Positions 1-7,203 of a DNA stretch of 32,000 nucleotides are shown one piece after another. This DNA is from Nitrosomonas europaea (GTDB lineage Bacteria > Pseudomonadota > Gammaproteobacteria > Burkholderiales > Nitrosomonadaceae): assembly GCF_900167395.1 (NCBI RefSeq), contig NZ_FUWK01000010.1, positions 30,001 to 62,000 on the forward strand, given 5' to 3'. Below the pieces are notes generated by a model. It searched no databases. It was given only the letters and a program-made list of their open reading frames with translations, and had not been told where the DNA came from. The translations under genes and the position numbers were made by a program. Position 1 is the first letter of the stretch. Each line of letters begins with the position of its first letter.

Positions 1-1
1 A

Positions 2-2029
2 CCGATTCTGGAAGCTTATGAAGGTGAGAACATACAAATCCGCATGGTTCAGGGAGCCCAGGAGGTACAGCATACCTTTGCAATTGAGGGGTTGTACTGG
101 CCACGCATAATTGATTATTCAACCAGTCATCAGTTCTCAGAAGAAGTACAAAAAAAACAGGATAACCCGTCAGCACTGGTTTCTGCCCAGGAAATCGGTA
201 TCTCAGAGCATTTTGAGATGCGGATGCCACCTTTCCAGAATGTTTCGAATGGCGCAAGCGTGAATGATTACCTCTACCATCTTGGTACGGCAGATGCGTT
301 ATGGAATGGAGCCTGGGGTCTGTTGAGAATACATAACGGGGTATCTGCACCGGATCCAGCAGGATGCCAACCCGATGAGAATCTTGCTGCGGCAGTTGAT
401 AAATGGTTTGCACGCAGGAATCTGTTTGGAAGGGATGTAGAAGGCGTACCGGTATCATGCAAGAAGCTGGTGGGAAACAGATTGAAGCCACTGCCAGGGC
501 ATGGAGACGGCCAAATTGTCATAACCAATGAGAAGGAAATATTTGGTGAAGATTCGGCGCCTGATCCTGAAACGGGTAGAGAATTACCGCTTGGGTGCCC
601 TGGTGGTTCAAGATTGAAGAACTTCAAAGTGGTTGCCACGAGAGTCGATCTGCTTGTTTCTTCTAAAGAGAACAAAATGTTTTACGACAAGGAGAATAAG
701 CTTTTTGATCCAGATGCCTTGATTCTGCTGACTATGCCGCCGGGGGAGGCAAATATAAGACTGCAGGATGTTAAAAATATATATCAGCAAAAGGCGGATG
801 CCGGAGTATTGGAACCCTTGGTTTTACGTGCCAACGCCAACGATTGTATAGCACTGGAATTATATAATCTGCTGTTGGCTGAAGGTGAAACGGAGCTGCC
901 CGACACTGCTGGCGATGCCTTGATGCCGAGAATTGTTCCGCTGAATGTTGATCAGCCGACCGGTTCAGCTGCTGGAGATGTCAAACCATCGACAAAATTA
1001 TCGTTATCGATCCCGTTACTGGCAACCAGAGACCCCGTCTATTTTCGTAACCTGGGTATTGGTATGAACCGCAGTGCAGAGCCTCTGAACAACGGACAGA
1101 AGCGGATTTATACATTTTACGCGGGAAAACTGGAGCTGGAGTCAGAGGCTAAAACCAAAGATGGCCCGGCTTGTGCGGGAGGAGAGTGCAAATTCAAACT
1201 TAACAAGTTGCCCTACGTTTTCGGCACTCTTCCGATCAAGGCCTTTGGTGATGTAATCAACCATGGGGCACATGGCCTGATTGGCACGCTGGTGATAGAA
1301 CCTGAAGGTGCTGTTTATCTTGATCCGGTAACTGAAAAAGAGATTCCAGAGGAAGATCAATGGAAGCTGGGTTCGGAAGCACTGATTAAGTATGAAGATG
1401 AACAGCGCAAGAAAAAGATGTTTCGTGAATTTGTCCTGGCTTACCAGGATGGCCTTAATTGGCACTGGCCATCACCATGGAGCAGGAAAACCGAGCCAGT
1501 TGGGGATTGCCCGATTTGTGATGATTCATATGATCATGGCGAGAAGGGGATCAACTATCGTGCAGCACCTTTCTGGGCAAGGTTACGGCAAGGAATGGAC
1601 AGTAACGGTCGCCGTGTCTTCAACGATATTGGTGCAGGGGCGGATTTAAACCAGGTTCAATTCCCAAAAAACTTTTTACTAAGTTCCTGGGCGGATATTC
1701 CAACCCCGGTTTTTCAGGCAAAAGCGGGGGAAGAAGTACGTTTCCGTGTATCGCAGCCATATGGTCGTGCCCGTCAACGTGCGTTCGTAAGTTTTGGTGC
1801 TGATTATGCAGATATGATGCCCGGATTTGGTTCACCACATTCTGCTTTGATATCTGCTGGCAAGGCGATGACGGCTACTTTATCCGGATCTGCAAAAGAA
1901 GGATGTTATATCTACCGCGATGGCCCGATGCATATGTTTGCAAGTGGCGTATGGGGGCATTTCAGGGTGAGTCCGGCTGATGGTACCACTTTGAAATGCG
2001 AGATCCCTGCAAGTTATGAGGGGTTGTGA
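2..2029 (+). CDS. Multi-cupredoxin / multicopper-oxidase-like protein, 5'-truncated by the window edge
   Basis: The frame is open from base 2, with no stop before the listed ATG at 44, so the gene starts upstream of the window. Cupredoxin-style strand patterns recur: PILEAYEGENIQIRMV, EPLVLRANANDCIALELYN, TPVFQAKAGEEVRFRV. Each is later closed by an MCO-like domain end: WNGAWGLLRIH, HGAHGLIGTLVIEPEG, MHMFASGVWGHFRV. No HxH or HCH copper motifs are visible. That it is coding is confident; the function is not. Confidence 0.6.
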   Translation, partial: PILEAYEGENIQIRMVQGAQEVQHTFAIEGLYWPRIIDYSTSHQFSEEVQKKQDNPSALVSAQEIGISEHFEMRMPPFQNVSNGASVNDYLYHLGTADALWNGAWGLLRIHNGVSAPDPAGCQPDENLAAAVDKWFARRNLFGRDVEGVPVSCKKLVGNRLKPLPGHGDGQIVITNEKEIFGEDSAPDPETGRELPLGCPGGSRLKNFKVVATRVDLLVSSKENKMFYDKENKLFDPDALILLTMPPGEANIRLQDVKNIYQQKADAGVLEPLVLRANANDCIALELYNLLLAEGETELPDTAGDALMPRIVPLNVDQPTGSAAGDVKPSTKLSLSIPLLATRDPVYFRNLGIGMNRSAEPLNNGQKRIYTFYAGKLELESEAKTKDGPACAGGECKFKLNKLPYVFGTLPIKAFGDVINHGAHGLIGTLVIEPEGAVYLDPVTEKEIPEEDQWKLGSEALIKYEDEQRKKKMFREFVLAYQDGLNWHWPSPWSRKTEPVGDCPICDDSYDHGEKGINYRAAPFWARLRQGMDSNGRRVFNDIGAGADLNQVQFPKNFLLSSWADIPTPVFQAKAGEEVRFRVSQPYGRARQRAFVSFGADYADMMPGFGSPHSALISAGKAMTATLSGSAKEGCYIYRDGPMHMFASGVWGHFRVSPADGTTLKCEIPASYEGL

Positions 2030-2048
2030 GTACAGCGGAAACTGGGGT

Positions 2049-2075
2049 AATCACCAGTCTTATTGGCTGGTGATT
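2049..2075. terminator. Hairpin between convergent genes (AATCACCAG-9 nt-CTGGTGATT)
   Basis: Perfect 9-bp inverted repeat with a 9-nt loop in the 67-bp gap between the stop at 2029 (+) and the stop at 2097 (-). No T-run follows on either strand, so an intrinsic-terminator role is uncertain. Confidence 0.3.
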
Positions 2076-2096
2076 CAGAATACCGGGTCATGGTTG

Positions 2097-3227
2097 TTAG
2101 TGGGCGAAGACCTGAATGATTCCGTAGCGGCCACTGGTAAGCCAGTCGGGTTGCAGATGCAGGGTTCTGGTGGCGATGTCAGCCGGGAGGCCGACCAGCA
2201 CTTCTGATTTCAGTGTTCGCAGGCATATGGCCGGCTGGCTGAATCGTTCGAAGAAGTAGCGCTTTTCCATGGTATGTGGCCAGCGGCGGTCGCCGACGAA
2301 ATAGCGGTAATTCAGGTCACCCTTGAAGATGACCAGCTCTGTATTTTCAAAAGTCTCACGAGTAAGCGCTTCCTCTTCACAGAAGCAGACAGGCAGGCCC
2401 AGAGCAGAGCTGCTGCGGAAGATCAACCGATTCTGGTGTAACAGCTGCGTGATATCTTCTCCCAGTTTTTTTGCTGCCGGAATGGATGAAGTCACCAGTT
2501 TTCTGATCAGGTATTTCATGTCAGTCATGGTTACATCCGAAACAAACATCGGCCAGGGCCTGACATGGGCAACGATGCGTGAACAATGCCTGCTGATGCG
2601 GAGAATCAGCAGCAGATCTGTCAATACGTCCATTCCGGCGTTGTCAAACACGAAATCAATCCGGTTCAAGCCGGAATCAAACAATCCGCCTGCTACATAA
2701 CTTTCGTCTACGAGCAATGAAATCTGACCGGCATCAGTGACAACCTGCTGACTGAGATCGGCGGTATTCCCGGTCATCGACCAGCGAAGCAGTCCGGTAA
2801 TATCGCAATCGGAATCACAGTAACCGGTCATGGTGGTGAGGGATTCGATGGCCTGCAGGCTGACAGTGTTTTTGATCGGGTGAAAAGGATCCACCAGTGT
2901 AGTGGCTGTATGGCCGAAGGCCAACAGGATCCGGGCGTAAAAATAAAGTTCGACTGTCAGAAATGGCATGTCTGTCCAGCGTCGCCCGGTATACGGTTTG
3001 ATCACCTGATCAAACAGGCCAAGAATTACCGGAGGGAGCGGTGTGATTTCTCCTTCCCGTATTTCTACTGCCAGTTGTTGCAGAGCCTGATCTGTACGGG
3101 CGTCAGCGTGGTTTGCCAGATTATCCAGAATGGCTGGCAGTCGTTCTTCCAGTGTGAATGCTGCGAAGGAATCGGGTTCTCCGGTTGTCAGGTGCGCGGG
3201 AATCCAGACAGGCTCGTGGTATTGCAT
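2097..3227 (-). CDS. DUF89 / ARMT1-like metal-dependent damage-control phosphatase
   Basis: Family motifs read in the translation: DSFAAFTLEERLPAIL near the N-terminus, VFDNAGMDVLTDLLL, PWPMFVSDVTMTD and IFKGDLNYRYF. The 376-aa length and the N-terminal SFA..T..R.P.IL segment resemble the ARMT1-like (subfamily III) form. Confidence 0.8.
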   Translation of the reverse strand: MQYHEPVWIPAHLTTGEPDSFAAFTLEERLPAILDNLANHADARTDQALQQLAVEIREGEITPLPPVILGLFDQVIKPYTGRRWTDMPFLTVELYFYARILLAFGHTATTLVDPFHPIKNTVSLQAIESLTTMTGYCDSDCDITGLLRWSMTGNTADLSQQVVTDAGQISLLVDESYVAGGLFDSGLNRIDFVFDNAGMDVLTDLLLILRISRHCSRIVAHVRPWPMFVSDVTMTDMKYLIRKLVTSSIPAAKKLGEDITQLLHQNRLIFRSSSALGLPVCFCEEEALTRETFENTELVIFKGDLNYRYFVGDRRWPHTMEKRYFFERFSQPAICLRTLKSEVLVGLPADIATRTLHLQPDWLTSGRYGIIQVFAH

Positions 3228-3366
3228 GATTACAGTCGAGTTTATTGGTGGGGTTCAGAATTGCACAAATATGGCTGCGAGATGAAAGAAGTTGGTCATT
3301 CCAGGAGATTGATATTTTTTATGGCCGGAACTGGTTCCCGTAATTTTCGGGTAAAGGAACACTCTG

Positions 3367-4116
3367 TTATGTCCCTGTCTGCAATTGTTTGGCAAGCCGA
3401 TGGATTTCACTGGAAAGCGGGATATTGAATCCCCCGGACAGGATCCGTTGACACTGACGATAAATATGCAGCGCCTGGTCTGTCCAGCCAAGTTTGATGT
3501 AATGCTGCATCAGGCGCCGGTAATTGGCTTCCGACAATGGCCTCAGTTCCAGTATTTTGCTCAGTAACTGGCTGGTACGTTCATTTTCACCATGCTGTTC
3601 ATAACAATCTGCTGAAAGATTGAGCAGGCGGATCAGCCTGTCGAGTAACTGTTCCTGTTTTAGCAGGATCCAGCCGGAGTCGTAATTTTTCAGAAAGGTA
3701 CCGCGATAAAGCGTCATCAGCTGATCAACCAGTTCTGTCGCCAGAGGCTGCTGATCGCTGCATTTCAGTACATTCTCAAGTTTGCAGGAAATTGTTTCGA
3801 ATATCCATAAATCCAGCCAGCAACAGCCGTCATTCAATGAAACCATACCAGTATTCAATAGTACAGCTTCCTTGCCAATGAGCTTGCGCAGCCGGTGTAG
3901 TGAAGTTCCCAGGGAAAGGTCAGCCAGATCACCTTCCGCATCGGGCCATAAAATCTCTTTGAGCAGGTTACCATTAACATTGCGGCCACCCAGTGCGATG
4001 ATCGTCGCCAGTAATTCCAGTATTTTTTTCTGGTTTCGGCCAGGCTGTATGACCGATTCCCCTGCTACTTCTACTGCCAGTGGACCGAAACTGTGGATTT
4101 GTACGACCATGGCCAC
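3367..4116 (-). CDS. SARP-family transcriptional regulator (winged-helix DNA-binding domain plus BTAD domain)
   Basis: The N-terminus has an OmpR/SARP-type winged helix (KKILELLATIIALGGRNVNGNLLKEILWPD...SLHRLRKLIG). A BTAD-like helical region follows (LYRGTFLKNYD...ANYRRLMQHYIKLGWTDQALHIYRQCQRIL). The listed start is GTG at 4116. The in-frame ATG at 4110 (MVVQIHSFGPL) is at least as plausible. Confidence 0.75.
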   Translation of the reverse strand: MAMVVQIHSFGPLAVEVAGESVIQPGRNQKKILELLATIIALGGRNVNGNLLKEILWPDAEGDLADLSLGTSLHRLRKLIGKEAVLLNTGMVSLNDGCCWLDLWIFETISCKLENVLKCSDQQPLATELVDQLMTLYRGTFLKNYDSGWILLKQEQLLDRLIRLLNLSADCYEQHGENERTSQLLSKILELRPLSEANYRRLMQHYIKLGWTDQALHIYRQCQRILSGGFNIPLSSEIHRLAKQLQTGT

Positions 4117-4128
4117 TTTTTAGTGGCC
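4111..4128. promoter_or_regulatory. Perfect palindrome GGCCACT-TTTT-AGTGGCC over the SARP translation start
   Basis: A 7-bp perfect inverted repeat with a 4-nt loop, read directly. On the minus strand it ends immediately before the ATG at 4110 and contains the alternative GTG at 4116. It could be an RNA hairpin or a protein-binding operator. Confidence 0.35.
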
Positions 4129-4752
4129 AGAGGTGTAATTACCGGGAAACATGGAAGACCTCCCACCTTCACACTTGTTTTTGAAAAGTAAAAGCTGAAC
4201 TTGAGTATTTGTGGAAGCTGCAGCTTTATGGTTATTATTGTATGAATCCGATCCGGCAACAGAGGGTGTATGTGCCGATAGCGCAATTTATAGTCTGGTT
4301 ACGGACATTGATAATGTGGTGTATCAGAGCAATTTTTGGATGAGGTGAATAAATAAGGTCATTTTTTAAATTGAACCAGTCAGCTTAGTAAGCTGGACTG
4401 TGTTCTCTCTTGCGCTATTACACGAGCAGAGTGTCCATTGTTGCTGTAAGTCCGGGAAACCGGAAATATTGCAACCGGGCATTGCGCTATGAATAGATGT
4501 ATGTAGATATTTTTGTCTCTTGAAAGGATATCGGTCACTTGCCAAATCAGTAACCGATTGTGCTATCGACTTGGACAGAATTAATTACGTGCACATAAAA
4601 ACCATGGCGGCAGAACTTGACTGTTACCGCGCACCAGAGTTGTGACGACAGTAAATCGTCTCTTTGAGACTAAATTTAATTCTTTTACCTATTTGATAAC
4701 TTCACACTCTCTGTACGTCGCAACGCTCGGATATTTATCCTTACTTGTCAAG

Positions 4753-4779
4753 GGATTCCAGGAGAAATTTCATCATTCT
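4753..4779 (+). repeat. Direct repeat copy 1 (GGATTCCAGGAGAAATTTCATCATTCT) upstream of the repressor gene
   Basis: Aligns with copy 2 at 4836-4857: GGATTCC[A/T]G[G]AG[AAA]TTT[C]ATCATTCT. By hand alignment there are 21 matched positions, one mismatch and two or three small indels. Confidence 0.4.
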
Positions 4780-4835
4780 TTGAGTTTCATATGTATAGGC
4801 ATGATTATAAACAATAAAAATTATATATGTTCTGA

Positions 4836-4857
4836 GGATTCCTGAGTTTATCATTCT
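4836..4857 (+). repeat. Direct repeat copy 2 (GGATTCCTGAGTTTATCATTCT), 13 bp upstream of the repressor ATG
   Basis: See copy 1. A related inverted partial copy (reverse complement GGATTCCTGCTCAG) lies inside the gene at about 5086-5099. Confidence 0.4.
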
Positions 4858-4869
4858 CGTTCGTCTTTC

Positions 4870-5667
4870 ATGAATCCGAACATTAGAGTGTGGTTTTCGG
4901 CTGATGAGCTGGCAAAGTTGTCACCGCATCTCGTCACACGAATTCCGGTTTCACCACGTCAGTGCAGGGAACGGGCAAAACGTGAAAAATGGTTATCCAG
5001 AGAAGTTGCTGGTAAAGGTGGGCCGCGTGGCAAGAAAACAGAATTTCTTCCACCCGAGAATATCCTGTCTGAAATTCACCAGTTTCTGAGCAGGAATCCG
5101 GATTTCTTCGCTGAGGCAGGAAGTTCACCTGAGAACGCAACTCAACCCGGAATGTATCAGGCAAGGCAGCCGATGAGCAGAAACGGGAAATATGGGCAAT
5201 CCATAGTTGGAAACCATACTGATCTGGAAAATTCAGAGGTTGTTTATGTAGCTCACACAGAGTTATGTGATACGCCAGGTGAGGTTACCGAGATGATTCC
5301 TGATGATCAAATGATCCTCAGTATCGCTGTCAATCCGGCTGATTGGAGGCGATATGCCGGATTAAATCCGGAGCATATCAAAATCATCGATGTACAGGGA
5401 GATGGAATGAAGCCCACTTTGCAGCATGGTGATCAGGTGCTGGTAGACACTGCCTGCAATCGATTCGTGGATGATGCAATTTATGCAATTCGGCAGGGTG
5501 ATATGTTACGGATAAAACGTATCAGGCTCAGACTGGATGGCTCGATAGAGATCAGGAGCGATAACAGTCATAATTTTGGTATAGAAACGTACAGTCAGAA
5601 AGAAGCTGCAGCATTCAACGTGTTCGGAAAAATTCTGCCGTTCAAGTTTGGAAAATTTGATCTGTAG
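4870..5667 (+). CDS. Phage-type repressor: Mu-type winged-HTH N-terminal domain plus LexA/cI-like S24 peptidase domain, with Gly at the catalytic Ser position
   Basis: The N-terminus (VWFSADELAKLSP...IPVSPRQCRERAKREKWLSREVAGKGGPRGKKTEFLP) follows the Mu repressor / MuA DNA-binding pattern W.s..E.A.L...P.s.r...rAk.e.W..R...gkGG...e..P. The C-terminus (IDVQGDGMKPTLQHGDQVLVDT ... GDMLRIKRI) matches the S24 pattern GDSMxPT...GD...V...(V/F)K(R/K)(L/I). No Shine-Dalgarno is evident. Confidence 0.75.
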   Translation: MNPNIRVWFSADELAKLSPHLVTRIPVSPRQCRERAKREKWLSREVAGKGGPRGKKTEFLPPENILSEIHQFLSRNPDFFAEAGSSPENATQPGMYQARQPMSRNGKYGQSIVGNHTDLENSEVVYVAHTELCDTPGEVTEMIPDDQMILSIAVNPADWRRYAGLNPEHIKIIDVQGDGMKPTLQHGDQVLVDTACNRFVDDAIYAIRQGDMLRIKRIRLRLDGSIEIRSDNSHNFGIETYSQKEAAAFNVFGKILPFKFGKFDL

Positions 5668-5922
5668 CGATCCTTGAGCCGATCATTTCTCAAATGTAAC
5701 TTCCTGATCTTTAGCAGCATTATTCAAATAACGCAGATCCAGAGCACGAGCCGTCTTTGCTGTAATTCCGCATATTTCATCCCTGTCTGGTGGGTCCGGT
5801 TAATCTGACTGCAGAACAATACGGAACAGATATTCGGCCGGGAAATCGTATACTGGCAGGTAATATTTCAGTTCCGGTTGGTATGAATGAGGGCCTGGAT
5901 CGAGTACCGAGGAGGATATGTC

Positions 5923-6450
5923 ATGAATGGACGGTTTTGCATCTGGCGATCACCGGAATTTAGATACAAGCTGATGTCAGTATTGTTTCCGGGGATGATT
6001 CTTTCCAGTTCATGCTTTGGTGAATCGGAAATTGGTCAGGCCCCTCTTGGCAACAGACAGATATTACAATCTCAGTTCCAGGAGTTCCGGATCAGTAGTA
6101 GTTTGCAGTATTTTCCTCATTCTTATTTTCCTGTTCAGCCGATTCTGATCTATCCGGGCGTGCAGTGGGCATATCCTTGTTTTCCTTTTGTCAGTTGCAT
6201 GGAGCTGCAGCAATACCGCAGATATAAGCGGCGCGAGAAACGGCAACAGCCTAAACCGGTATTCGGGCAGGGAGCGTCTCTGATGGATGAATCCATGGAA
6301 GACTGGCGGGCAGGGTTGCGGCCGGCGGTGGAGCCCTTCCGTACCGATGAACACCAGATTGTTCCGGCATTGCGGGGTCACAGCCTGATACGGCCGGAAT
6401 ACCGGGAAGCAGGCAGTATTCTTCCCCGGTTTTCCAACGGCACCGAGTAA
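5923..6450 (+). CDS. Hypothetical protein, possible lipoprotein
   Basis: The ORF track starts at 5887, but the ATG at 5923 is preceded by GGAGGA (5911-5916) at good spacing. The N-terminus (MNGRFCIWRSPEFRYKLMSVLFPGMILSSSC) has a basic region, a hydrophobic stretch and a lipobox-like LSSC. No recognisable domain. A basic patch RRYKRREKRQQPKP is present. Confidence 0.5.
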   Translation: MNGRFCIWRSPEFRYKLMSVLFPGMILSSSCFGESEIGQAPLGNRQILQSQFQEFRISSSLQYFPHSYFPVQPILIYPGVQWAYPCFPFVSCMELQQYRRYKRREKRQQPKPVFGQGASLMDESMEDWRAGLRPAVEPFRTDEHQIVPALRGHSLIRPEYREAGSILPRFSNGTE

Positions 6451-6464
6451 TTTTCCATAGAAAA

Positions 6465-7001
6465 GTGCTGATGATGAGTTCCGAAATCCGGGTGCGGGTT
6501 TGCTCATCTGGTGATGAAGAAGCGCTTGCACTTATTGGCCAGGCAACGTTTCTTGAAACCTTCGCAGGTGTTCTTGCAGGATCCAACATCCTGGCGCATT
6601 GTGCCCGTGCTCATTCTGTCGAATGTTACCGGAGCTGGCTGGCCGACAGCCGTTATAAGCTCTGGCTTGCTGAAATCAGTCCAGGTAATGCGCCCATCGG
6701 CTACATGGTCGTATCGCCGGCTGAATTGCCGTTGGCAGATATTTCCCTTCGGGATCTGGAGTTGAAACGCATTTATGTTTTCAGCAGGTTTCAGGGAAAT
6801 GGTCTGGGCAGAAGGCTGCTGCAGGAAGCCATCGCCGAAGCCCGTATTCGCAAGGCAGAGCGCTTGCTGCTCGGGGTATATGTTCGTAATGATGCCGCAA
6901 TCGGTTTTTATACCCGGATGGGTTTTTGCAAGCTGGGATACCGAAAATTCAATATGGGCGGACAGAAATGTGATGACTACGTCATGGGATTGACGTTGTG
7001 A
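6465..7001 (+). CDS. GNAT-family N-acetyltransferase
   Basis: 178 aa. GNAT motif A is readable (RFQGNGLGRRLLQEAIAEA), followed by NDAAIGFYTRMGF (motif B-like). It lies 14 bp downstream of the preceding ORF. Confidence 0.8.
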   Translation: MLMMSSEIRVRVCSSGDEEALALIGQATFLETFAGVLAGSNILAHCARAHSVECYRSWLADSRYKLWLAEISPGNAPIGYMVVSPAELPLADISLRDLELKRIYVFSRFQGNGLGRRLLQEAIAEARIRKAERLLLGVYVRNDAAIGFYTRMGFCKLGYRKFNMGGQKCDDYVMGLTL

Positions 7002-7129
7002 AATCCACTGATTCGTTCGTCCCGATTCAAGTCGTTTGCCTGCCTGCCTTTGCAGATAACAGCCTTGCCAGATATGCCAGGAGGATACTGGTTCAGTAAG
7101 CTTCCAATCCGGCGAGTGATGTGAAAGTG

Positions 7130-7148
7130 CGACAATTTGTCACATTCT
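7130..7148 (+). promoter_or_regulatory. Weak candidate Fur box
   Basis: GACAATTTGTCACATTCTC matches 11 of 19 positions of the GATAATGATAATCATTATC consensus by hand alignment. It lies 56 bp upstream of the TonB-dependent receptor start. Confidence 0.2.
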
Positions 7149-7203
7149 CACGATAGTAAGTGTATGTAAAAATCGGCGATCTTTTTTATCCAGGGAAACG
7201 AGT

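Noticed and set aside
4642-4845. 67-aa ORF in the AT-rich spacer
   Set aside because: It has a GTG start and no Shine-Dalgarno. Its composition (Ile/Leu/Phe/Ser/Asn-rich) is what AT-rich non-coding DNA produces. It also overlaps the direct repeats upstream of the repressor.
4242-4879. 10-mer ATGAATCCGA present at both 4242-4251 and 4870-4879
   Set aside because: By rough estimate, a repeated 10-mer within a 750-bp span is expected by chance at an appreciable rate (a few tenths). The flanks do not extend the match.
4117-7001. Possible prophage or integrated element around the Mu-like repressor
   Set aside because: Apart from the repressor there is no transposase, integrase, ner/cro, structural or lysis gene. 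I could not see flanking direct repeats. Only a remnant or domestication scenario is supportable.
5923-7001. GNAT toxin / antitoxin pair (TacT/AtaT-like)
   Set aside because: Known GNAT toxins pair with a small upstream RHH/DUF1778 antitoxin. Here the upstream ORF is about 175 aa with a signal/lipobox-like N-terminus and no DNA-binding motif.
7037-7048. (TGCC)3 microsatellite downstream of the GNAT gene
   Set aside because: It has only three units, lies in a non-coding spacer and has no obvious link to a start codon or promoter. It is too short to argue for phase variation.
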